DNA of 43,386 bases from a virus: the IMG/VR virus record IMGVR_UViG_3300045988_088603, positions 1 through 43,386 of that record; one strand, given 5' to 3'. A model generated the notes under the pieces. That model had not been told where the DNA came from. It ran no database searches and worked only from the letters and a program-made list of their open reading frames with translations. Below are positions 1 through 8,903 of the stretch, piece after piece (positions within the stretch are counted from its first letter, which is position 1; each line of letters starts with the position of its first letter). Position numbers and translations under genes: made by a program.

Positions 1-55
1 GCATATGATATTACTTCTCCCTAAACAAGTGAATTATATCATACATCCTGCAAAA
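1..55. repeat. Terminal direct repeat, left copy (identical to 43332-43386)
   Basis: GCATATGATATTACTTCTCCCTAAACAAGTGAATTATATCATACATCCTGCAAAA is read at both ends, 55/55 identical. Confidence 0.95.
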
Positions 56-67
56 TTACAATTTGAT

Positions 68-94
68 AAGGGTGTATTTTTTGTACCCTTTTTT
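68..94 (+). terminator. Rho-independent terminator-like hairpin upstream of int
   Basis: AAGGGT (68-73) pairs with ACCCTT (85-90) and is followed by a T-run to 94. Confidence 0.55.
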
Positions 95-112
95 AGAAAG
101 GAATGATGATAT

Positions 113-1354
113 ATGGCACTGATCAAATGTCCAGAATGCGATCTGCAGGTAAGCGATCACGCAATTGCTTGCCCTCACTGCGGATATCCTATTAATACTA
201 AAGTGGCCAAACAACAACAATCAAAATCTCGTAGAAAAAAACGTCTCCCTAACGGTTTCGGCCAGATCACTAAAATAAAAAACAGCAATCTCCGAAACCC
301 ATACAGAGCTATGGTTACTGTAGGAAAAGACTTCTATGGCAAGCCGATCTGTAAACCTCTAAAACCAAATGCATACTTCAAAACTTACAATGATGCTTAT
401 GCTGCATTGGTTGAATACAATAAAAATCCTTATGATTTAGATGATGATCTGACAGTAGAACAACTTTATGAAAAATGGACCGATGAATACTTCAAGACTT
501 TAACCAATCCATCCAGCATACGAACTATCAAGTCTGCTTGGAACTACTGCTCTGCTATTTACAACATGCGTGCTAAAGATTTAAGACCCCGGCACATTAA
601 AGGCTGCATGGAAGATGGTACATATGTTGTTGATGGTGTAGAGAAAAAAGCATCTTCAAGTACAAAAACAAAAATAAAATCTCTATTTAATCTTATGCTT
701 GACTATGCAAACGAAAATGATCTTGTAGAAAAGAACTATGCTCGAACATTTAAGTTATCTGATGATATTATTAAAGATGTCGAGGAAGAAAAGAAAGATC
801 ATATTGACTTCACAGATGAAGAAATGCAAAAATTGTGGAATAACTTATATGATGTAGACTATGTAGATGTGCTACTAATCCAGTGTTATAGCGGATGGCG
901 CCCACAGGAATTAGGCTTGTTAAAGATGGAGAATGTTGATTTAGAAAATTGGTTTATTACTGGCGGTATGAAAACTGATGCTGGAAAAGATCGTGTGGTT
1001 CCAGTCCATCCAAAGATTCGCAGCTTAATAAAACATCGTTACCAGGAAGCTTTATCTCTTGGAAGCAAATACTTGATTAATTGTACTGATACTAAAACCC
1101 ATCGAAGTAGCTTAAAACTCACATATGATAAATATCGACATAGAGTTGAAAAGATTGTTAACAAGCTGGAATTAAATCCAGAACATCGTGCTCACGATGG
1201 ACGTATCCAATTTGCTACAATGGCAAAAGATGCAAAAGTAAATGAATATGCTCTAAAACGTATCATAGGACATAAAATCGACGACCTCACAGAAAAGACC
1301 TATACAAAGAGAAAAAGAGAATGGCTTATGGAAGAGATTCTAAAGATAAAATAG
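113..1354 (+). CDS. int: Tyrosine-type site-specific integrase with N-terminal zinc ribbon
   Basis: 413-aa ORF. The C-terminal catalytic pattern is R in SGWRPQEL, HxxR in AHDGR, GH in IIGHK and Y in EKTYTKR. The N-terminus has CPEC...CPHC. It is co-oriented with the lysogeny operon across the junction. Confidence 0.9.
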   Translation: MALIKCPECDLQVSDHAIACPHCGYPINTKVAKQQQSKSRRKKRLPNGFGQITKIKNSNLRNPYRAMVTVGKDFYGKPICKPLKPNAYFKTYNDAYAALVEYNKNPYDLDDDLTVEQLYEKWTDEYFKTLTNPSSIRTIKSAWNYCSAIYNMRAKDLRPRHIKGCMEDGTYVVDGVEKKASSSTKTKIKSLFNLMLDYANENDLVEKNYARTFKLSDDIIKDVEEEKKDHIDFTDEEMQKLWNNLYDVDYVDVLLIQCYSGWRPQELGLLKMENVDLENWFITGGMKTDAGKDRVVPVHPKIRSLIKHRYQEALSLGSKYLINCTDTKTHRSSLKLTYDKYRHRVEKIVNKLELNPEHRAHDGRIQFATMAKDAKVNEYALKRIIGHKIDDLTEKTYTKRKREWLMEEILKIK

Positions 1355-1369
1355 AATATTACATAACAA

Positions 1370-1408
1370 AAAACAGAGTCAAGACTTACCATCTCGGCTC
1401 TGTTTTTT
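1370..1408 (+). terminator. Rho-independent terminator after int
   Basis: AAAACAGAG pairs with CTCTGTTTT around a loop of about 15 nt and runs into a T-tract (1401-1408). Confidence 0.6.
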
Positions 1409-1410
1409 GT

Positions 1411-1723
1411 TATTCTGATGTAGGAGTCGTGTGTACGAATAATGTATGAATAATGTACGAATCGTCCACTTTTCACTACTTCTTACCGCTTTTAACTCCG
1501 TTCAAAAACCACGTATTTAAGCGGTTTCTTAGAATTTACCTGCTTTAGCAGCTTCTTCAATGTAAGCTTAAAAGTACGGGTTTATGCGGTTTGTTTGGTG
1601 TGCTTATAGTAATAATGTAGAAATAGTTTAATTCCTACAACGTTTATTTTTGGTTTTCAAATTTATCAAAAGTCATTCTATATTTTTATAATAACTTACA
1701 TCATACCTGAAAGCAATCCTTTA
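1411..1723. other. Candidate attP region with arm-type repeats
   Basis: This non-coding gap lies between int and the far end of the lysis module. GAATAATGTA occurs at 1437-1446 and 1448-1457, and AATAATGTA at 1611-1619. TTTAWGCGGTTT occurs twice (about 1514 and 1580). Confidence 0.4.
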
Positions 1724-2422
1724 TTAATTCTTTCTGTTAGAATATAAGGCTGCACAAGTTTTTTTGCCACAGTATGTTCCTGTTGTTCTCCATCCTAATT
1801 GCTTCCAATATCTCTTGAGCTGTGCTGTGGTCATTCTTCCCCAGATTCCATCCACTTCAATGTTAGTTCCAGAAGTCAGTGAATTTAGTTTCTTCTGCAT
1901 CCACTTGATTGCTCCTTTGTCGGATATCTTCTTTACTGCAGTGTACTTTTCCGGGTCATAATCTGGTCTTGCAAATCCACGGATCACACTCTTGCTCCTT
2001 GTTCTTCTCATGACTACTCCACCATTATCGTCGCTACTCCTTGATGTATTTCCTTCAATCGTTGTATATGTACCGTCTGAATTTGCTTTCTCAACAATAC
2101 CAATGTGAGATGCTCTACCTTTTCCAAAATCCATCAGACAAAGATCTCCTGCCCGTCCAGTGGAGTGCCAACGATCATGTTTTTTATAATAGTTTTCTAC
2201 GTCTGGGCAGTATGCTGTCTTTTTACCGCCAAAGAACAAATCTGATGCATCACACATCTTAAAAATATCCCATACAAATGTACAGCACCAAGGATAGCTT
2301 GATCCAGATACCACTCTTCCATAATAATCGTTATTGAATTTGACTTTGTTACTGTTTGCTGGATTTTCTTTTGTTCCGAGATAACTTACTGCCTTTTTAA
2401 TAATTGTACTTGCTTTTGCCAT
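1724..2422 (-). CDS. Endolysin: CHAP/NlpC-P60-type cysteine peptidase with C-terminal peptidoglycan-binding repeat
   Basis: The catalytic-Cys context is SYPWCCTFVWDIF and the His context is ASHIGIV. The C-terminus GIWGRMTTAQLKRYWKQLG resembles PG_binding_1. The SD is AGGAGGAAAAATAAA-ATG, and the gene lies directly downstream of the holin. Confidence 0.85.
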   Translation of the reverse strand: MAKASTIIKKAVSYLGTKENPANSNKVKFNNDYYGRVVSGSSYPWCCTFVWDIFKMCDASDLFFGGKKTAYCPDVENYYKKHDRWHSTGRAGDLCLMDFGKGRASHIGIVEKANSDGTYTTIEGNTSRSSDDNGGVVMRRTRSKSVIRGFARPDYDPEKYTAVKKISDKGAIKWMQKKLNSLTSGTNIEVDGIWGRMTTAQLKRYWKQLGWRTTGTYCGKKTCAALYSNRKN

Positions 2423-2435
2423 TTTATTTTTCCTC

Positions 2436-2855
2436 CTAATCTGGTAATTCTTCTGTCATATCCTCTAAAAACTTCTGTATGTAATTTCTAACTCTTACCG
2501 GTACTGGTAAGCCACACAATGCTGCGTTCTTTAAAATACTGACCGCCTCATATAATCCGTCCATAAGTGCAAAAAATTCTGACAACCCTAACTTTTCCAC
2601 TCCCAGGAACTGTACATATTGTTGAGGTACAAGACTCAATACATTAATGTGTGCGATCATATCAATTCCCATTAAGAAGCAGATCGAAATCAGCATTGCT
2701 GCCTTTCTGATTGCTCCGTCAATTCCAACACAGCTGTTAAATTTATGTTCTTTGATTGCTCTGCATGATCCTAAGATTGTATCTAAACATACTTCAATCA
2801 TCACAATCCGGAAGAACATATTATTGCTGAGTAACATAATAAATTCTCTCATCAT
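2436..2855 (-). CDS. Holin (Phage_holin_4 / toxin-secretion-lysis holin family-like)
   Basis: 139 aa with several TM helices. The motif DTILGSCRAIKEHKFNSCVGIDGAIRKA is typical of this holin family. It is adjacent to the endolysin. Confidence 0.75.
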   Translation of the reverse strand: MMREFIMLLSNNMFFRIVMIEVCLDTILGSCRAIKEHKFNSCVGIDGAIRKAAMLISICFLMGIDMIAHINVLSLVPQQYVQFLGVEKLGLSEFFALMDGLYEAVSILKNAALCGLPVPVRVRNYIQKFLEDMTEELPD

Positions 2856-2995
2856 TTTAATTTTCCTTTCTTTTTATTAAATTTTGGTATAAAAATAAGG
2901 CCTCTGCAGGTCCTGCTCTGATTTCTATAAAATTTTTCATTTTTTCCTACCTTTTTCTTTAAATTGATTTCATTGTATGTCAATATTTTCAAGTA

Positions 2996-3021
2996 TCAAA
3001 AAAGACGTTCTCTCGAACGCC
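2996..3021 (-). terminator. Rho-independent terminator after the 213-aa membrane-protein gene
   Basis: On the minus strand, GGCGTTC-GAGA-GAACGTC (one G-U pair) is followed by TTTTTTG, immediately after the stop at 3022-3024. Confidence 0.65.
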
Positions 3022-3663
3022 TTATCTCTGTATTAATTCGGGACTTTTTTGTACACCTTTTTCATTAAATTCACTACGTTCATTTTTCTCTAATTCAAAA
3101 ATCATTTCCTGTTCATATTGATTTTCTCTTAGATCATTAAATGTAAAACGTAAATAAATTTCGTTGTTATCCTGTTCCCCTTTATTATAAGTGTAATTTA
3201 TACCCCTTTCTAGTTTTTCTCCTTTTTCAATTGCTGCTGTCAAATATTCTCCATTGCATTTTATATTTACTGCACTGTCCAATCCGACATTTTTGATGGT
3301 AACTCCTAGCCGTTGTTCATCAACACATCTAGAATCCTGTGGTTTTTTCCTGTTTTCAGCTTTTATTTTATCTCCTTCTAACGAGCCAATATGTGTAGCC
3401 TCTAATACTAAAAATGGTCTGATTTCATCTATTTTATCTTTTTTCCTATTATCATCAGAATCTTGTAATGTAATTGCAACTCCAGAAATTGTAATCACAC
3501 CACCTATTATAGCTCCAAGAAACGATCCTAAAAATCCAAGCCAGCCTGTAAAATCTGTTGCTTTTACTCTTATCGTTATTACAATAGCTAATACTAATAC
3601 AGCCAGCGATACCCGGATTGGTATAATGATTTTATTTTTATGTTTCTTATTAAATTCTTCCAT
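3022..3663 (-). CDS. Accessory membrane protein (2 N-terminal TM helices plus soluble C-terminal domain), function unknown
   Basis: 213-aa ORF with TM segments IPIRVSLAVLVLAIVITI and WLGFLGSFLGAIIGGVITISGVAI. It has its own terminator, sits in an AT-rich region, and lies between the fibre genes and the holin. Confidence 0.7.
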   Translation of the reverse strand: MEEFNKKHKNKIIIPIRVSLAVLVLAIVITIRVKATDFTGWLGFLGSFLGAIIGGVITISGVAITLQDSDDNRKKDKIDEIRPFLVLEATHIGSLEGDKIKAENRKKPQDSRCVDEQRLGVTIKNVGLDSAVNIKCNGEYLTAAIEKGEKLERGINYTYNKGEQDNNEIYLRFTFNDLRENQYEQEMIFELEKNERSEFNEKGVQKSPELIQR

Positions 3664-3760
3664 ACATCATGTCCCCTTTTATAATTTATATATTTTTTAT
3701 CATTCTATCCTACAATATATAAATAAGCAATGATATTTTGTATCATTTTCTTTTACTGCA

Positions 3761-3769
3761 TGCTATAAT
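3761..3769 (+). promoter_or_regulatory. Extended -10 promoter element (TGCTATAAT) for the small plus-strand ORF
   Basis: A TGnTATAAT match lies 43 nt upstream of the ATG at 3812. Confidence 0.45.
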
Positions 3770-3811
3770 TATATATAGAGAGTAGCACCCCTTTTAAAGG
3801 AGGATACGCTT

Positions 3812-3958
3812 ATGTTTTTTGATTGGTTTGATATGTTAATTAAGATTGTACTTGGTGCTTGTACAATCTACCCCTTGGCAAAGTTTATTTATAATAAGAT
3901 TATTACCGACATTGCTCGCAAGGTCGTTGAATTATTAAAGCACCTAAATGATTCTTAA
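3812..3958 (+). CDS. Small hydrophobic protein (48 aa), divergent from the 213-aa gene; below the ORF-track size cutoff
   Basis: The SD AAAGGAGGA ends 7 nt before the ATG. The product is MFFDWFDMLIKIVLGACTIYPLAKFIYNKIITDIARKVVELLKHLNDS, with an N-terminal hydrophobic helix. Confidence 0.5.
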   Translation: MFFDWFDMLIKIVLGACTIYPLAKFIYNKIITDIARKVVELLKHLNDS

Positions 3959-4093
3959 TATAAATTCTATAAAATTTTGTCAATGGCGGGGAAAGGAGAA
4001 CAGATCCAGTTGAATGAAATACGGCCTATCCTTGTTCCTCACTTGTTACTCATTGTGTGGACGGGTGCTACTTATTATAATTTCTGTTCTTAA

Positions 4094-6028
4094 TCAACCA
4101 GATACTTTTTCTTCAAGTGCTTTAATTCGCTCTTCAAGCTTTGTAGACTCAAATTTATCATATACCTTAGCCCACGTTGTGATTTCAAGATTGTCTGTTC
4201 CTTTTGCAATCATATATTCTAATAATTCTCGCAAATTATTAATATGTTCTAAGTCGCTCGTACTGTCACTCCCATGCATAGCTACAACAATAAAAGATTT
4301 ATTCTTAATTGCATTGTCCACATAACTTTTCGCTCCGTCCATTGTGTAATCATGATACCACCATCTAGGATGATAATATGCTTTCGATGATGATAGTCCG
4401 TTTTGATCTGAATAATCGTAATATTTACGTGACCAATTATCTAATCGGATATCGTTCGAAAGATAATTAGCACCACCAGCTGTTATGATTCCTCGCACTG
4501 TATAGCCAAGATTTTCAAGTTCAATCTTTGGCTCTCGGAACACATCTGCATAATCTTCTTCCGTACTATCTGCTGTGATATATTTACCACTGTGTGCTAA
4601 GATTTCGCCACCATCTGCAACAACAAGATCACAGATGTCTTTAATTGTACGTCCATCGTTTTTGTAATCTGTATTCAAATTTCCTGTGATAATCGCTGGG
4701 CAAAACGGAATATTTAATTCATGACATAAATCATAGACATCTGGAAGATATTTATTAGCATCATCGATGGTTAAAACGAAATATGCCTTGTCAAATGCCG
4801 AATAAGCAAAATCATTCATCCGTTGCATTTTGGCAATCTGCAATTGAGCTTGTTTTAAATCATAACTAATTGTTGATTCATCGGGAATTAATCCTTCCAA
4901 TCTTTTCAATTCTTCTTTTATGTTGTATTTTTCAAACTGTAATCCTTGTAAATCAATAGTTTGATCCCCATCATTATCGTTTACATAAGCTTTGTACGCC
5001 CTTTCGGGCACAACTATATCTTGATACACGTTATTATTCCATGCATTATCAGGATTTACATAAGATAAAAGAGTTCCATTTTTATCATAAAACAAAATTA
5101 ATGGAACGTTTCCGCCAGCATATCCTTTTGCTTTTATCGTCTGCCCGATATATGTATTTATAATGTAAAATTTCGATTTTCCTTCCTTTTCTATCTTTCC
5201 GGTATAATTTATTTTTGTTGTTTCCCCTGCAACATCTAGTGAAATATACTTCTTAGTTGAGAATAGTGAATTTGATATAGTTTCCAACTGTGTATTATGC
5301 GTGTCAATAACATCTTGCACCTCCTGAATATTCTTATTTGCATTAAATAATTGTTCTTTTACATTGTAATTTTTGTCAAATATACGCGTATAGCAAATAA
5401 TGTTATCAGCGTCATCTGTAGCATTGACAATGACATATCTTGACCCATTGGGTACCGGTACTTCTATCATTTTCGATGTCCATCCACCAACAGTAGTTCC
5501 TGTTACATTTTTTAAAGGATCAAGAAAAATACAGTGCAAAACATCCCCTCCTGCATAATCCTTTACCATAATAGTTTTATCCTCATCACAAAGTTCATAT
5601 ATTTTGTGAAATCTATCTGTCGCTGTCTTCTTGCAAAGTTTTCCATTGGCATCTGCATAGCCATTCCAATCAGAATTAATAGGCATTGCAACAGATGATT
5701 CTCTATCCCCAAATATGGATTTATTAAGAGGCTCTATATTGCGAGTTCCATTTCCTTCTATATTCAATTGTAAATCTACAACTTGTTCCCTAATTGCTTC
5801 TCCAGCATTATCATAAACAATACCATTCGCTCCAACTCGAATATCTTGCAGTTCTGCATCTCCTGTCGTACTTCCATCTTTAAGCTTTGCAAGATTAGAA
5901 ATTCTTGCATCCTGCTTTGCCATTGCCTGCTTCAGATTGGTATTCTTATCCCAGGAAACTTGATCCGCAGTTGTTGCTGGAAAAACCTGTTCTCCTTCTT
6001 TATTTTTTAATATCATATTTTTTCCCAT
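4094..6028 (-). CDS. Tail fibre / receptor-binding protein with C-terminal CE4 (polysaccharide deacetylase)-like domain
   Basis: 644 aa. The N-terminus has a fibre-type motif (EGEQVFPATTADQVSWD). Two internally similar modules are present (MVKDYAGGDVLHCIFLD and IKAKGYAGGNVPLILFYD). The C-terminal part has LTIDDA, ILAHSG and VVAMHGSD, resembling CE4 motifs 1, 2 and 5. Confidence 0.7.
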   Translation of the reverse strand: MGKNMILKNKEGEQVFPATTADQVSWDKNTNLKQAMAKQDARISNLAKLKDGSTTGDAELQDIRVGANGIVYDNAGEAIREQVVDLQLNIEGNGTRNIEPLNKSIFGDRESSVAMPINSDWNGYADANGKLCKKTATDRFHKIYELCDEDKTIMVKDYAGGDVLHCIFLDPLKNVTGTTVGGWTSKMIEVPVPNGSRYVIVNATDDADNIICYTRIFDKNYNVKEQLFNANKNIQEVQDVIDTHNTQLETISNSLFSTKKYISLDVAGETTKINYTGKIEKEGKSKFYIINTYIGQTIKAKGYAGGNVPLILFYDKNGTLLSYVNPDNAWNNNVYQDIVVPERAYKAYVNDNDGDQTIDLQGLQFEKYNIKEELKRLEGLIPDESTISYDLKQAQLQIAKMQRMNDFAYSAFDKAYFVLTIDDANKYLPDVYDLCHELNIPFCPAIITGNLNTDYKNDGRTIKDICDLVVADGGEILAHSGKYITADSTEEDYADVFREPKIELENLGYTVRGIITAGGANYLSNDIRLDNWSRKYYDYSDQNGLSSSKAYYHPRWWYHDYTMDGAKSYVDNAIKNKSFIVVAMHGSDSTSDLEHINNLRELLEYMIAKGTDNLEITTWAKVYDKFESTKLEERIKALEEKVSG

Positions 6029-6043
6029 TGATTTTCTCCTTCC

Positions 6044-6739
6044 TTAGTTGTATCCAATCTGATAGCAATCATAATAGCATGTATTATGTGTTTGATTTGC
6101 TGGATATGTTTTTGCATATGCCTGGCTTCCATCACTTTTAATTCCATAAGATGATACGTCATCAGTTCCAGCTTTTATTTCATATTCATCTTTAGTTGCA
6201 CCTTCCATATGCTTTATTGCACAAAATCCTGTCCAATCTTCTCCATAGTTTCCTCCAGCGATAATCCAAACTACTACATTATTAAAAGCTTTATCAAAAT
6301 ACACCATTCCCTCACCCGACTTATGCTGATAATTGAACTGTAATACCTTACCTGCCAACTGATCCCATGTCATATCTGCCGTTGCTCCGTTGCCAATAGC
6401 GGCGGCAAGTTTGCTTTTTCCGTTACTGGCACTTTGAAAAACCTCCTGAATTTTTCCATTGATCTTTTCACTACTCCATGTTGAGGCCACGCCAATCTCA
6501 TCGTCATTTATCGTATGCACTGGGAGATCTGCTGACTCCCCTTCTTCTACAGTCATATATGGCGTATTATCCAAATGCTCTTGCATTTCTTTGTTTTCTT
6601 TTATAACCGCAGCAACCGAGTCAGGATGCCCAGTCGCATCTTTATAACATTGCTCAATGCTGTCGTGGATGCTTTGCCTTACATCTCGTCCGAGCTTCTT
6701 GTGTAACAAATTATCCAGTAATTCCTGTATTTTCGCCAT
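6044..6739 (-). CDS. Phage structural protein of the fibre/baseplate module, function unassigned
   Basis: 231-aa ORF with SD AGGAGG 6 nt before the ATG. It lies between the Tal-like gene and the fibre gene. Confidence 0.7.
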   Translation of the reverse strand: MAKIQELLDNLLHKKLGRDVRQSIHDSIEQCYKDATGHPDSVAAVIKENKEMQEHLDNTPYMTVEEGESADLPVHTINDDEIGVASTWSSEKINGKIQEVFQSASNGKSKLAAAIGNGATADMTWDQLAGKVLQFNYQHKSGEGMVYFDKAFNNVVVWIIAGGNYGEDWTGFCAIKHMEGATKDEYEIKAGTDDVSSYGIKSDGSQAYAKTYPANQTHNTCYYDCYQIGYN

Positions 6740-8183
6740 TGCTTACCTCCTGCATCTGAATTGTTTTAACTGTTCCTGTTTTATCACAAAAATAAAGAAC
6801 TCCATCCTCGACATATAATGATCCATCACTTTCCGGATAATTATCTGTAGAATGAAATCCTATTGTTTTCCCTACTTGCATTGTCCCTTCTTCAGCTATA
6901 TAAGGGATGTTTCCGTAATTGTTTCCTACAGTTCTGTCATTAATGCTTTTTTGGACTTCTTCGACTGCTCCGGCTGCACTTCCCGCTGTTTTTGCTGCAT
7001 TTTCTGCATTTTTTTCTGCTGCCGCAGCTTTTGCAATAGCTTCACTCGATGCAACTGATAGTGTTTGTATCATGCCTTTTACATTATTTGTTCCTGCAAC
7101 AGTGTCAGTCAGTGAACTAATTGTTCTTCCTAATGTTATCTTATTATTGGCCGGATTCTCTAAATCTAGTTCGTACTTACTTACAAGATAGTACGTGCTC
7201 ACATCTCCGAATGTGCTCATGATTCCATGCTGTGTAGAAATGCAAGGAACAAGATCTCCAAGTCTGATTGCGTTAATATCAACATCAATCATATGCAGAT
7301 CAACAGCTGTAAGTTCAATCGTGATTGCTAAGTTGATGCACTTCTGCAGATATTTATTTGCTTCTTCCAGTAGTTTGTCTGGATCATATACCTCAGAGAA
7401 ATCAACCTTGTCATAAATCCAACCATACAAATTTACTGCGTCTTGGTTATATACGTAATCTGTTCCATTGTGTCCATTTGCTGTTGTGATTGTCACGTTG
7501 TCTTTTCCAACTGGTATAATCGCTGTTTTAATGTCTTCTGCTTTAGAGTATTTCTTCAGATCAAGAAGATTTTCTCCAAATCTGATAACCTGATTACTTA
7601 CATTTCCGTATCGTTTCACATAATCGAGGTATCTCACATCATCCTCATGACGGACACGAAGATACCCATCATATTTCTCTAAAAAATTAGAATTAATAAA
7701 ATCCCAAGTTTTCTCATAATTTGTCGATAAACTTGGAATCGTAACACTTTCGATATCGATCACGCCGATTTCAAATCTCTTTGCTTCCTCTACCTGTGAA
7801 TTATGTTCGTGAATCAATCTTTTAAAAATCTCTATATTGGTATCGGCTGTCCCAGCTTCTGTTGTTTCGGTTCCGTAATTATGCGGTCGTTGAATTGAAT
7901 CTAACAAAAAAGACAGCTCTCCTTCACAAGAGATCTGCCCTGTGTTTTGAAAATCTTTTTCATCCGTTAAACTTCTTCCGGAAAATAACAGTTCAACATC
8001 TTCATAAACATCGATTCGAGATTTTAACTTATTGATATCGTTAACGTGAGGATGCGTTTGTAACATCCCAAAATCAAGATTTCCTGTTTTATTTAGCTCT
8101 AATGATATCTTAGGACTAAGCACCATATAATCCGGATCGCGGACATCATGCAGTGTTTTCCCATCACATAGTATCTTGTACAT
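6711..8183 (-). CDS. Tail-associated (Tal-like) baseplate / minor structural protein
   Basis: 490 aa, directly after Dit. The N-terminal region looks like a prophage-tail/Tal N-domain. Assignment rests mainly on synteny. Confidence 0.7.
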   Translation of the reverse strand: MYKILCDGKTLHDVRDPDYMVLSPKISLELNKTGNLDFGMLQTHPHVNDINKLKSRIDVYEDVELLFSGRSLTDEKDFQNTGQISCEGELSFLLDSIQRPHNYGTETTEAGTADTNIEIFKRLIHEHNSQVEEAKRFEIGVIDIESVTIPSLSTNYEKTWDFINSNFLEKYDGYLRVRHEDDVRYLDYVKRYGNVSNQVIRFGENLLDLKKYSKAEDIKTAIIPVGKDNVTITTANGHNGTDYVYNQDAVNLYGWIYDKVDFSEVYDPDKLLEEANKYLQKCINLAITIELTAVDLHMIDVDINAIRLGDLVPCISTQHGIMSTFGDVSTYYLVSKYELDLENPANNKITLGRTISSLTDTVAGTNNVKGMIQTLSVASSEAIAKAAAAEKNAENAAKTAGSAAGAVEEVQKSINDRTVGNNYGNIPYIAEEGTMQVGKTIGFHSTDNYPESDGSLYVEDGVLYFCDKTGTVKTIQMQEVSNGENTGITG

Positions 8184-8903
8184 TTATAAACTGCCTCCTC
8201 GATAATCGACAGAAACTGTCCCATTTCCTGTAAACGTTAAAAGGTTATCCCCTTCTGATAACCAGATATCGAACACTTTACTTTTGCCTTTTGGAAGATC
8301 ATAAGTGACCCCGTTATATGTAACCTGCATCGGTGTATCACATTCGATCACAGGAATCACTCTCTTTCTTCTTCCATAAATATTTAGCTCGTATTTTCCA
8401 GAAACTTTGATGTTTCCATATTCACGGATGATATCAGTTTCAAAATTAAAATCATCCCATAACCAATCTTCCAGAGACGAAGCAACTTCATACTTATATG
8501 GATCAACTTCTCCGGACATTACAAGCTTTCCATTTATACGATCTGTCTTTTCGACATCAATCGTAAGTCGGCCAATGTAATAAAAAGATGGATCAGTATC
8601 GAGTATGATCTTCATTTTCTTACCAACCAGGTAATTTGCAATGTCCGATACAATAGATCCCCATTCAAAAAAGTCTTCGTCCGGAGTTTCAAATTCTAAG
8701 GAAAGACTACGATTCTTGTACTTCACATCTCCGCCGGTAACCGCTTCAGTGATATCCAGTGTTCCATCTGCTCCTTGAATATCCAGTTCATATGTTTTTG
8801 GTTCAGGAAAACCAAGAGTGATCGCAGTCCATCCAAGATTCCAATCCTTTAAGGTATGTTTTTCTCCGATCGTGACTCCTAATGTTCCTGGCATACTATA
8901 CAC
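8184..8903 (-). CDS. Distal tail protein (Dit)
   Basis: 239 aa, overlapping the tape-measure stop. This is the canonical position immediately downstream of the TMP. Confidence 0.75.
   Translation of the reverse strand: MYSMPGTLGVTIGEKHTLKDWNLGWTAITLGFPEPKTYELDIQGADGTLDITEAVTGGDVKYKNRSLSLEFETPDEDFFEWGSIVSDIANYLVGKKMKIILDTDPSFYYIGRLTIDVEKTDRINGKLVMSGEVDPYKYEVASSLEDWLWDDFNFETDIIREYGNIKVSGKYELNIYGRRKRVIPVIECDTPMQVTYNGVTYDLPKGKSKVFDIWLSEGDNLLTFTGNGTVSVDYRGGSL

Noticed and set aside
1-55. The terminal 55-bp repeats interpreted as attL/attR cores of an integrated prophage
   Set aside because: There is no flanking host sequence, and the window starts and ends exactly on the repeat. Gene order only makes sense when circularised, with int contiguous with the cI operon. 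See the corresponding finding for what would overturn this.
3254-4325. Plus-strand ORFs at 3254-3733 (159 aa) and 4014-4325 (103 aa)
   Set aside because: They are antisense to the membrane-protein and tail-fibre genes, lack correctly spaced SDs and have implausible composition. A possible 27-codon TTG ORF (about 4009-4093) after AAAGGAG was noted, but the evidence is too weak to call.
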